Positions 16,740-24,995 of a stretch of 64,000 nucleotides of DNA are shown piece by piece. The position numbers and the translations under genes were made by a program. The stretch comes from a virus. The stretch is from the IMG/VR virus record IMGVR_UViG_3300043395_000558, positions 2,919 to 66,918 of that record, one strand, 5' to 3'. A model generated the notes under the pieces. That model did no database searches. It had not been told where the DNA came from and worked only from the letters and a program-made list of their open reading frames with translations. How positions within the stretch are numbered: the stretch's first letter is position 1; each line of letters opens with the position of its first letter.

Positions 16740-17195
16740 ATGGCACTCTCTACCACCCAGAGTATTTGGCGTTCGGGCGGCGGCGACCAGACACGTACCG
16801 CATATTGCGGTTCCGGCGTCATGGCTGCCTCTTTCTACATTGCTGACGCCTCTCCCGCTGTTGCTGGCACTAACGTGACGGTCTCTAACGGCGGCCCTGC
16901 TCTCATTCTTCCCGCTGGCGCAGTTGTTTTGTCTGTCTCCATCAATGATGGCGGCACGGGCACGTTTGACCTGGGCGCAACGGGTTACACCTCTGGCACC
17001 GCTGACAACAACTACATCGCTTCTGGCCTGGCCGCTACGGTTGGCACCACCAGCGTTGGTTCTGTTGTGACCGGTACCCCCTTGACCGAGATGTCTTACG
17101 TTACCGTGACGGACAATAGCTCTGGCGCAGGCACTGTCGGCGGCTATATCACGTATTTCGTTGTCGATCCTCTGCTCGGCCAGCAAAACGTCTGA
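16740..17195 (+). CDS. Virion structural protein (minor head)
   Basis: Gly/Thr/Ala beta-rich; AAGGA RBS. Confidence 0.7.
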   Translation: MALSTTQSIWRSGGGDQTRTAYCGSGVMAASFYIADASPAVAGTNVTVSNGGPALILPAGAVVLSVSINDGGTGTFDLGATGYTSGTADNNYIASGLAATVGTTSVGSVVTGTPLTEMSYVTVTDNSSGAGTVGGYITYFVVDPLLGQQNV

Positions 17196-17207
17196 TAGGA
17201 GCACCCC

Positions 17208-17489
17208 ATGGTGATGCAAACCGATGTCAGTAGTGCGACTGCCACAGGCACGACCACTATAGTCAGCCAGGGTACCCGTATTAAGGGTATTCTGTTGACC
17301 ACGACGACAACGCCCGGGACCGTCACCTTTCGGGATGGCGGCGCAAGCGGTACGACCAAAATGACCCTCAATACCCCCGGCGTGGCAGAGATGTTCAACG
17401 CTTTGCTCCCGGCGGAGGGGGTTTTGTTTCGTACCGACGTTCATGTGACTATCGCGGACGTGGCTTCCGTCACGATTTTTTATGGCTAA
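17208..17489 (+). CDS. Small virion structural protein
   Basis: Beta-rich 93 aa. Confidence 0.7.
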   Translation: MVMQTDVSSATATGTTTIVSQGTRIKGILLTTTTTPGTVTFRDGGASGTTKMTLNTPGVAEMFNALLPAEGVLFRTDVHVTIADVASVTIFYG

Positions 17490-17727
17490 ATCCCCAGCAT
17501 GGCAACGCAAGGAAGGCAAGAACCCCAACGGCGGCCTGAACGCCAAGGGGCGAGCCTCTGCCAAAAAGCAAGGCATGAACTTGAAACCTCCCCAGCCGGA
17601 AGGCGGCTCACGCCGCGACTCTTTCTGCGCAAGGATGAGTGGGATGAAAAAGAAGCTGACCTCCGCCAAGACAGCGAAAGATCCGAACAGCCGTATCAAC
17701 AAGAGCCTTCGGGCCTGGAACTGCTGA
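17482..17727 (+). CDS. Small basic protein (DUF6321-like)
   Basis: GGLNAKGRAS, RRDSFCARM, SLRAWNC. Confidence 0.7.
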   Translation: MAKSPAWQRKEGKNPNGGLNAKGRASAKKQGMNLKPPQPEGGSRRDSFCARMSGMKKKLTSAKTAKDPNSRINKSLRAWNC

Positions 17728-17728
17728 A

Positions 17729-17977
17729 ATGGAGATGATGCTGTGGAACGTCTTGCTGACTACATTCATCGGGTTACTAAGTTGGAATCTGAGGGAGAAG
17801 TCAGCAGAGCTGGTACGAATCACGATCCTGTTAAACAGGACGCGGGAGGAGATCGCTCGGGACAACGTGACACAGGCGGAGATCGACAAGATTGTGGCGC
17901 ACATCGACAGCCGGTTCGACAAGTTGAACGACAAGATTGACCTGTTTATCCGGGAGCAAAGAAGTGCCCTCAACTAG
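17729..17977 (+). CDS. Small protein with N-terminal TM and coiled coil
   Basis: Hydrophobic first 20 aa. Confidence 0.7.
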   Translation: MEMMLWNVLLTTFIGLLSWNLREKSAELVRITILLNRTREEIARDNVTQAEIDKIVAHIDSRFDKLNDKIDLFIREQRSALN

Positions 17978-18359
17978 TCGTAAACAGCACAACTTCATGG
18001 AAGCCGTGGCGCACAGCCCGGCTTTTGCGAAGAAGGCAGGAGTCCCGCAGTCTGTGGGCAAAGAGTTCGCTGCGGCGGACAAAGGTAAGAAGTTTGGCAC
18101 CGGAGGCCGGGCCGCAACACAAGCTATCAACAAGCCGAAAACCGATCACGGGAAGTCGGCACTTTTCTCAGAAGGTGGTTATATGAAAAAGATGTCTTCC
18201 GGTGGTATCACTGACAAAAAGATGGGCAAGGTCAAGACCGCAGCCCCCAGCCGTGACGGTATGGCCGTCAAGGGCAAGACCAAGGGCAAGCAGGTCGTCA
18301 TGAGCGGGAGCAAGCCGCTGGGCATGAACAAGGGTGGCTACGCAAAAGGCAAGTGCTGA
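17964..18359 (+). CDS. Lys-rich small protein with repeated xxGG motifs
   Basis: GTG start after GGAG; MPSTSRKQHNFM... Confidence 0.7.
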   Translation: MPSTSRKQHNFMEAVAHSPAFAKKAGVPQSVGKEFAAADKGKKFGTGGRAATQAINKPKTDHGKSALFSEGGYMKKMSSGGITDKKMGKVKTAAPSRDGMAVKGKTKGKQVVMSGSKPLGMNKGGYAKGKC

Positions 18360-18360
18360 A

Positions 18361-18636
18361 ATGATGGCCTCCCGTGGGATGGGGGCCATCGCTCCCTCCA
18401 AGATGCCCAAGGGCGTGCGTAAAGCACGTCGAGATGACACCGACTTCACGCAGTATGCGGAGGGCGGCAAAGTCAATGCTGCGGGCAACTACACGAAGCC
18501 AGGCTTGCGCAAGCGCATTGTGTCGCAGGTAAAAGCTGCGGCAACCCACGGTACCAAGGCGGGTCAGTGGTCTGCGCGTAAGGCGCAGCTGGTGGCCAAG
18601 AAGTACAAGGAAGCTGGTGGCGGGTACAAGGACTGA
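18361..18636 (+). CDS. Lys/Arg-rich small protein
   Basis: YAEGGKV, GQWSARKAQ. Confidence 0.7.
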   Translation: MMASRGMGAIAPSKMPKGVRKARRDDTDFTQYAEGGKVNAAGNYTKPGLRKRIVSQVKAAATHGTKAGQWSARKAQLVAKKYKEAGGGYKD

Positions 18637-18637
18637 G

Positions 18638-18871
18638 ATGAAAGCACCGCAGAAATCCCTAAAGGATTGGGGCGACCAGAAGTGGCGCACCAAGTCCGGC
18701 AAACCGTCTTCCAAGACGGGGGAGCGGTACTTGCCTGAAAAGGCCATCAAAGCCCTGAGCCCTGCGGAGTACGCAGCCACCACCAAAGCGAAACGTGCAG
18801 GCAAGGCGGCGGGCAAACAGTTTGTTGCGCAGCCAAAATCAATTGCCAAGAAAACAGCGGGGTTCCGGTAA
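18638..18871 (+). CDS. Lys-rich small protein
   Basis: QKWRTKSGK, GERYLPEKAI. Confidence 0.7.
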   Translation: MKAPQKSLKDWGDQKWRTKSGKPSSKTGERYLPEKAIKALSPAEYAATTKAKRAGKAAGKQFVAQPKSIAKKTAGFR

Positions 18872-19047
18872 TGGCCACAAAGAACTGGATCGCAGGCGCG
18901 ATCAAAAAGCCCGGGGCCTTGCGCTCCGCGCTGGGTGCCAAGAAGGGTGAGCCAATCCCCGCCAAGAAACTGGCGGCTGCGGCCAAGAAGCCCGGCAAGA
19001 TGGGCCAACGCGCTCGTTTGGCGCAGACACTGAAGAAAATGAAGTGA
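18871..19047 (+). CDS. Lys/Ala-rich 58-aa protein (MATKNWIAGAIKKPGALR...), absent from the ORF track
   Basis: TAATG overlap; fills the gap exactly. Confidence 0.7.
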   Translation: MATKNWIAGAIKKPGALRSALGAKKGEPIPAKKLAAAAKKPGKMGQRARLAQTLKKMK

Positions 19048-19048
19048 T

Positions 19049-20002
19049 ATGGCAACAACGTCCGGCGTAGCAGCATTCAACCTCGACCTTTCTGAGATCG
19101 TCGAGGAGGCGTTTGAGCGTGCAGGCTCCGAGCTTCGCACGGGCTACGACTTGCGTACAGCACGTCGGTCGCTTAACTTACTGTTTGCTGACTGGGCAAA
19201 CCGTGGCGTCAACATGTGGACGTTCGAGCAAAACACCATCAATCTGGTGGCCGGACAACCCACGTATGCACTGCCTGACGACACGGTGGACATCCTGGAT
19301 CATGTGATTCGTACCCAGGCCAACCAGCCCAGCAACCAGGCGGACCTCACCATCACGCGTATTAGTGTTTCTACCTACGCAACGATCCCCAACAAACTGA
19401 CAACTGGGCGTCCCATCCAGGTTTGGATTCAGCGTTTGACAGCCAACTCATCGCTTACCGCAGCCACAACAACGGGCGGGACAACGGCAGCAAACGCTAC
19501 GACGATCCAGGTCTCGACCTTGGCGGGTCTGCCCACAGCAGGTTTCCTGACGATCGGCACCGAACTGATCAGCTACAACGAGACCAGCAACCCCCAGGAC
19601 GGAGCACCGTTCTACTTGTACAACTGCTGCCGGGGCCAAGACGGCACCACGGCGGCGTCAATTCCTTCTGGCACGGCTATCAAGCTGACCCAGAAGCAGT
19701 CAATTACGGTCTGGCCTACGCCTGACCCCGGGACCCAGTATCAGTTCGTCTACTGGCGTATGCGCCGTATTCAGGATGCTGGCAGTGGCGTGAATATCGC
19801 TGACGTCCCGTTCCGGTTTATCCCCTGTCTGGCCGCTGGCCTGGCCTACTACATCGCGCTCAAGGTGCCTGGTGGCATGGAGCGTCTGGCGATCCTGAAA
19901 CAGCAGTACGACGAGGCGTGGATGACCGCCGCTGACGAGGATCAAGAACGGGCAGCGATCCGGCTTGTGCCGCGCCAGATGTTCATAGGGGCGGGCACGT
20001 AA
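19049..20002 (+). CDS. Head-tail adaptor-like virion protein with an inserted beta domain
   Basis: Helical N- and C-termini, VWPTPD, AYYIA; position in the module. Confidence 0.6.
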   Translation: MATTSGVAAFNLDLSEIVEEAFERAGSELRTGYDLRTARRSLNLLFADWANRGVNMWTFEQNTINLVAGQPTYALPDDTVDILDHVIRTQANQPSNQADLTITRISVSTYATIPNKLTTGRPIQVWIQRLTANSSLTAATTTGGTTAANATTIQVSTLAGLPTAGFLTIGTELISYNETSNPQDGAPFYLYNCCRGQDGTTAASIPSGTAIKLTQKQSITVWPTPDPGTQYQFVYWRMRRIQDAGSGVNIADVPFRFIPCLAAGLAYYIALKVPGGMERLAILKQQYDEAWMTAADEDQERAAIRLVPRQMFIGAGT

Positions 20003-20431
20003 ATGGGCAACCGGTTTTCGTCCGGCAAAAACTCGATTTCGCAGTGCGACCGGTGCAATTTCCGGTTTAAGCTGCACGAGTTGAAGACGGAGATCATCAA
20101 GACCAAGCCGTACCAGCTGAAGGTGTGCAGCACGTGCTGGGACCCGGACCATCCGCAGTTGCAGCTGGGTATGTACCCGGTTGATGACCCGCAGGGTGTA
20201 CGCGATCCTCGTCCTGACATTACGTATTTGTTGGGCGGCAACACGGGCTTGCAGATCACTGAGACAGTGGGCACGGGCCCGAATGAGAACGGCACACCGT
20301 CGGGCGGTAGCCGCATCATTCAGTGGGGGTGGAATCCGGTTGGCGGATCAACGCTTTTTACGTCGGTTGAAACACCAAATAACTTGGTGTCCCGCGTAGA
20401 ACTTGGTACAGTAACGGTAGTAACGACGTAA
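20003..20431 (+). CDS. CxxC...CxxC zinc-binding virion-module protein
   Basis: CDRC, CSTCWD. Confidence 0.7.
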   Translation: MGNRFSSGKNSISQCDRCNFRFKLHELKTEIIKTKPYQLKVCSTCWDPDHPQLQLGMYPVDDPQGVRDPRPDITYLLGGNTGLQITETVGTGPNENGTPSGGSRIIQWGWNPVGGSTLFTSVETPNNLVSRVELGTVTVVTT

Positions 20432-20441
20432 GGAGTCGATC

Positions 20442-20633
20442 ATGGACAAGAAAGACCTGGCGCAAGACAAGAAAATGGTGGCATCGGCTGTGCACAAGCA
20501 CGAAGCCCGCATGCACCCGGGCAAACCACCGACCAAATTGGCCAAAGGCGGCGTGACCTCCAAGGCCATGATGCAGATGGGCCGTAACCTGGCTCGTGCA
20601 GCTAACCAGCGCAGCTCTGGTCGCGGAGGCTGA
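20442..20633 (+). CDS. Small basic protein
   Basis: AGGAG RBS; LAKGG motif. Confidence 0.7.
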   Translation: MDKKDLAQDKKMVASAVHKHEARMHPGKPPTKLAKGGVTSKAMMQMGRNLARAANQRSSGRGG

Positions 20634-20634
20634 G

Positions 20635-20877
20635 ATGGCAAAGATCAACAACAAACCCGCATCCGCATACGCCAAGCCGCACACGATGAGCGGCAAGGAA
20701 GTCACGGTCTCTGCCAACCCTGGCGGCGTGCCGAACAAGAAGTACTTGAAGGATGCCAACGTAGCTGTGGCCAACACCCATAGCAACGACTACCCCGGCA
20801 CCAAGACTGACGGCATCAAAGTCCGTGGCACGGGCGCGGCAACCAAAGGTTTGATGGCTCGCGGGCCGATGGCTTGA
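20635..20877 (+). CDS. Small basic protein
   Basis: C-terminal RGTGAATKG. Confidence 0.7.
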   Translation: MAKINNKPASAYAKPHTMSGKEVTVSANPGGVPNKKYLKDANVAVANTHSNDYPGTKTDGIKVRGTGAATKGLMARGPMA

Positions 20878-20878
20878 G

Positions 20879-21856
20879 ATGAACTACAGCGAACTTGTTT
20901 CTGCTATTCAGTCGTACACCGAGAACGCGTTCCCGGATACGTACCTCTCGAACGGGACGGTGGTCGGGCCAAACGCCCAGATCAACCGTTTCATCGAGCA
21001 GGCAGAGCAGCGCATTTACAACACAGTTCAGTTCCCGTCGTTGCGTAAAAACATGACGGGCACCCTGACATCGACCATACCTTATCTGTCTGCGCCTGAC
21101 GACTATCTCTCTACGTATTCACTAGCGGTTATCGTCAACGGGTCGTACGAATACCTGCTCAACAAAGACGTTAACTTCATCCGGCAGGCCTACCCCAATC
21201 CAACCACGGACACGGGCGTGCCCAAGTACTATGCGCTATTTGGTCCTACTGTATCTGGCAGCACTATTACCAATGAGCTGTCTTTTATTGTCGGTCCTAC
21301 ACCCGACAGCAACTACCCAGTTGAACTGCACTTTTACTACTACCCCAAATCTATTGTGCAGTCCTCTATTAACGCGCTAGGTGTTATTAGCGGGGGTTCT
21401 GGCTACACGGACGGTACGTACTATGGTGTGCCGATTACTGGCGGTACGGGCCAGGGCGCTGTCGCTGACATTGTTGTGACAAGCGGCGCAGTGGATGAAA
21501 TATTTATCAAGAATCCTGGCTGTCTGTACACGGTGACGGACATTATTTCTGCGGACGCTACGTATCTTGGTGGCACGGCCACGGTCGACTTTTCTGTGGA
21601 GATTACCCAGGTCAACAACGCCCAGGGCACGTCTTGGCTTGGCGACAACTTTGACACGGTGCTGCTGTACGGCTGCCTGGTTGAGGCGTATACCTTCATG
21701 AAGGGTGAGACCGACATCATTGCGCTGTACGAAGGCAAGTACAAAGAAGCCATGGCAATGGCCCAGCGTCTGGGTGATGGCCTGGAGCGCAGCGATGCGT
21801 ACCGGAGCGGGCAGGCGCGTGTTGCGCCGCTTCCGCAGAATAACGGGGTGCGTTGA
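20879..21856 (+). CDS. Adaptor/tail tubular A-like protein with an inserted beta domain
   Basis: MNYSELV...AEQRIY, PKYYA, GPTPD, LLYGCLVEA. Confidence 0.65.
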   Translation: MNYSELVSAIQSYTENAFPDTYLSNGTVVGPNAQINRFIEQAEQRIYNTVQFPSLRKNMTGTLTSTIPYLSAPDDYLSTYSLAVIVNGSYEYLLNKDVNFIRQAYPNPTTDTGVPKYYALFGPTVSGSTITNELSFIVGPTPDSNYPVELHFYYYPKSIVQSSINALGVISGGSGYTDGTYYGVPITGGTGQGAVADIVVTSGAVDEIFIKNPGCLYTVTDIISADATYLGGTATVDFSVEITQVNNAQGTSWLGDNFDTVLLYGCLVEAYTFMKGETDIIALYEGKYKEAMAMAQRLGDGLERSDAYRSGQARVAPLPQNNGVR

Positions 21857-22290
21857 TGGCCTTCACGGGAAATTACACTTGCAACACATTCAAGATCGGC
21901 TTGATGAACGGCACGTTCGACTTCACAACGGACACGTTCAAGATTGCACTGTATACAAACACAGCCACACTCAATGCCGACACAACCGCCTACACCACCA
22001 CGGGAGAAGCCTCTGGTGGAAACTATGTTGCTGGCGGCTTGGCCTTGACCGTGACGCAGGTGCCGACAATCGGTAACCAGACCGGGCAGAATGCAGTGGT
22101 CTACATCTCGTTTGCCGACGCCTCTTGGACTGGCGCTATCACCGCACGTGGTGCGTTGATCTACAAAGATGGTGGCGGGGACCCGGCAGTTTGCGTGCTG
22201 GACTTTGGCTCAACCAAGACCTCGGTCAACACGTTTGAAGTGCAGTTCCCAACGTCGGGTAGCACAACTTCTATCATCCGCCTGGTATAA
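21856..22290 (+). CDS. Tail-associated structural protein
   Basis: FKIALYT; paralogous to 22508-22963. Confidence 0.7.
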   Translation: MAFTGNYTCNTFKIGLMNGTFDFTTDTFKIALYTNTATLNADTTAYTTTGEASGGNYVAGGLALTVTQVPTIGNQTGQNAVVYISFADASWTGAITARGALIYKDGGGDPAVCVLDFGSTKTSVNTFEVQFPTSGSTTSIIRLV

Positions 22291-22300
22291 AGGAGAAGAC

Positions 22301-22495
22301 ATGGCACTGGTAACCACCACTAAAGGAATCATGGACGAGAACTTGCTTGAAAAACGAGAGGGTTCCGTCGATAATGACAACGAGTTCACCCGCTGGATTG
22401 AGTTCTGGTTGGACGGCGAGTTGGTGCACCGCTCGGTGCATGTTGAGTTGAAGAAAAACGTTCTGGCCGATGGACTGGCCGCAATGATCGGTTGA
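22301..22495 (+). CDS. Small hypothetical protein
   Basis: AGGAG RBS; LVHRSVHV. Confidence 0.7.
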   Translation: MALVTTTKGIMDENLLEKREGSVDNDNEFTRWIEFWLDGELVHRSVHVELKKNVLADGLAAMIG

Positions 22496-22507
22496 AAGGA
22501 CTGAAAA

Positions 22508-22963
22508 ATGGCAAACACTCAAGCTATGTGCACTTCGTTCAAGACGGAGCTGCTGACGGCAACACACAACTTTGGTACCGCCCCCACTCGTGGTACTGGC
22601 GCGGCTGACACGTATTACGCTGCGTTGTACCTGACCTCAGCTACTTTGGGCGCTGGTACTACTGCTTACACCACCTCTGGTGAAGTGAGCGGCCCCGGCT
22701 ACACTGCCGGTGGTATTGCCGTGACCAACGCTACGGCCCCGACTTCTTCGGGCACCACCGCTTACTGGACGCCGTCCGCAAGCCTGGTTTACACCAGCGT
22801 GACCCTGACCACGGCTTTTGACACTGTTCTGATCTATAACCAGACCCAGAGCAACAAGGCAGTGAGCGTTCATACCTTCGGTTCGCAGACGATTACGGCT
22901 GGTACGTTTACCCTGACGATGCCTGCCAACACGAACACGACCGCACTTATCCGTCTGGCGTAA
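22508..22963 (+). CDS. Tail-associated structural protein
   Basis: CTSFK, AALY, YTAGG, IRL shared with 21856-22290. Confidence 0.7.
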   Translation: MANTQAMCTSFKTELLTATHNFGTAPTRGTGAADTYYAALYLTSATLGAGTTAYTTSGEVSGPGYTAGGIAVTNATAPTSSGTTAYWTPSASLVYTSVTLTTAFDTVLIYNQTQSNKAVSVHTFGSQTITAGTFTLTMPANTNTTALIRLA

Positions 22964-22988
22964 GCCGTCCCCGGTCTAGGGGAGGGCC

Positions 22989-24986
22989 ATGCTGGGTATA
23001 GCCCCATTTGCAGCAGCGCCGTTCGCATCCCTTGCGAACGACGATAAATCTGTTGCGCTCACAGGAATTGCAGCGACTGGGGCTGTAGGCGACATCACGT
23101 CGGTATCAGCTGTTGATATATCCGGCAACTACGCACAAGGTGATGTCGGAGACCTGGCGGTTTCGTTTGACATTGAGTTGTCAGGCGTTGAAGCTGCCGG
23201 TGAGGTTGGTGATGTAACTTCCACTCAAGAAGTATCAGGCGTTGAATCCACCGGTGAAGTTGGTGATCTAACCGCCGAAGCCGCCTTTGACTTGTCGGGT
23301 GTTGAAGCTACCGGCAACGATGCCCAGACATTTCCAGAAATCACTATTGATCTCACTGGTGTTGAGGCCACAGGTGAAGTCGGTGATGTCACATCTGCGC
23401 AAGAGCTTGTTGGGGTTGAGTCCATCGGCGAGGTGGGCGATGTAGCTGTTGAACCTTCCTACGAGCTGTCGGGTGTTGAAGCAACCGGTAACGTTAGCCA
23501 AACATTCCCTGAAACTGAAGTAGCAATTACCGGCGTTGAAGCCGTAGGCGAAGTTGGTGATGTTGTTGCCACGCAGGTACTCGAAGGCGTAGAAACTACT
23601 GGTGAAGTAGGAACCATTGAAAACGGCGGTATTGTTGTCGACCTGACTGGTGTTGAGGCGCTAGTTGAGCAAGGCGAGATGATCGCCACGCAGATCCTAG
23701 ATGGGGTTGAGGCAACTGGAGAAGTTGGCACAGTTGAGAACGGCGGTGTTGAGGTTGAGCTTTCTGGAGTTGAGGCTACCGGAGAGATTGGCGATGTCAT
23801 TGCTACGCAGATTCCAACGGGCGATGTTGCCATTGGTTTTGTTGGCACTGTTAAGTCGGAGTTTGAAGTTGCCATCACCGGCAATGAAGCTACGGGCGCT
23901 GTTGGCGATCTGATTCCTGGCTTTGAAGTTCCCGGAGTTGAGGCTACCGGCCAAGTTGGCAGTGTCGCCCTTGGTGACCGCCAGATTGCCATTACAGGGG
24001 TATCTAGTACCACGGCAGTTGGTACGATTATCTATGCTATTGACCAGCCGTTAACCGGGGTTCAGGCTACGGGTTCTGTTGGCACAGTTGAGTTCTCCTA
24101 CGTACTTGACGGCCAGGTTGCCTACGGCCAGTTGGGCCAGCTCGGTGTTTTGCACACCAATGCGATTTTGGAAGGTTGGGGCGCTTACGGCTGGGGTGAT
24201 GAGCCTTGGGGCGGAACCCAGACCGCAAACGAAACCATTACTGCGGTTGGCAATGTTGTTGGCGGCCAGCTGCTCGGTCCTGGCGTTTCTGCCACAGGTC
24301 AAGTCGGTACTGTTACGGCAAAAGTAACGCCTGTCCCAGACGAAGGTGATGTGGCTTATGGCCAGGTAGGGTCCGTTGGGAACGTACACGCGGTCGAGCT
24401 GTACACAGAAGACTGCCTTGGGTGGGGTGCGGGGCCTTGGAGTGGCGATGTTCCTGGCACTGGGCCGCAAGTTGCGTACGGTGATGAAGGTTGGGGCGAT
24501 TCGCCCTGGAGCGGGGACACCAACGCCGACTATTATGACATTGCCTGGGGTGGTTGCCAGACGCATAATCCGTCAGTTGCATATACCGCCGTTGGCTCTG
24601 TGGGCGTTATTTCTGCTCCGCCGCTGGTCGGAGTCGAGGCCACGGGCCAGGTTGGGAATCTTGGCAATACGCACACGCTTGACCCGTTGACTGGCGTTCA
24701 AGCCACCGGCCAGGTTGGTACAGTCCTGCCGGGCATCATTGCAGCGTTGACTGGAGTTGAAGCCACGGGCTACGTTGGCACAATGGGCGTCATCCACAGC
24801 AATCCCTTGACCGGGGTGGAGGCGGTGGGTATAGTCGGGGATGTCTGCCCGCGCAATTGGACGACAATTGACACTACCCAGAATGCAAGCTGGGCTGTGA
24901 TTCAATCTGCACAAGCGTCTAGCTGGCAGGCTATCCAAAACAGCCAAGATGCCGAGTGGGATCTTGTTGTGACAGAGGAATGTTGA
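22989..24986 (+). CDS. Highly acidic repetitive fibre-like protein
   Basis: Many GVEATGxVG repeats; Trp-Gly inserts; very few Lys/Arg. Confidence 0.75.
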   Translation: MLGIAPFAAAPFASLANDDKSVALTGIAATGAVGDITSVSAVDISGNYAQGDVGDLAVSFDIELSGVEAAGEVGDVTSTQEVSGVESTGEVGDLTAEAAFDLSGVEATGNDAQTFPEITIDLTGVEATGEVGDVTSAQELVGVESIGEVGDVAVEPSYELSGVEATGNVSQTFPETEVAITGVEAVGEVGDVVATQVLEGVETTGEVGTIENGGIVVDLTGVEALVEQGEMIATQILDGVEATGEVGTVENGGVEVELSGVEATGEIGDVIATQIPTGDVAIGFVGTVKSEFEVAITGNEATGAVGDLIPGFEVPGVEATGQVGSVALGDRQIAITGVSSTTAVGTIIYAIDQPLTGVQATGSVGTVEFSYVLDGQVAYGQLGQLGVLHTNAILEGWGAYGWGDEPWGGTQTANETITAVGNVVGGQLLGPGVSATGQVGTVTAKVTPVPDEGDVAYGQVGSVGNVHAVELYTEDCLGWGAGPWSGDVPGTGPQVAYGDEGWGDSPWSGDTNADYYDIAWGGCQTHNPSVAYTAVGSVGVISAPPLVGVEATGQVGNLGNTHTLDPLTGVQATGQVGTVLPGIIAALTGVEATGYVGTMGVIHSNPLTGVEAVGIVGDVCPRNWTTIDTTQNASWAVIQSAQASSWQAIQNSQDAEWDLVVTEEC

Positions 24987-24995
24987 GGATAAACG

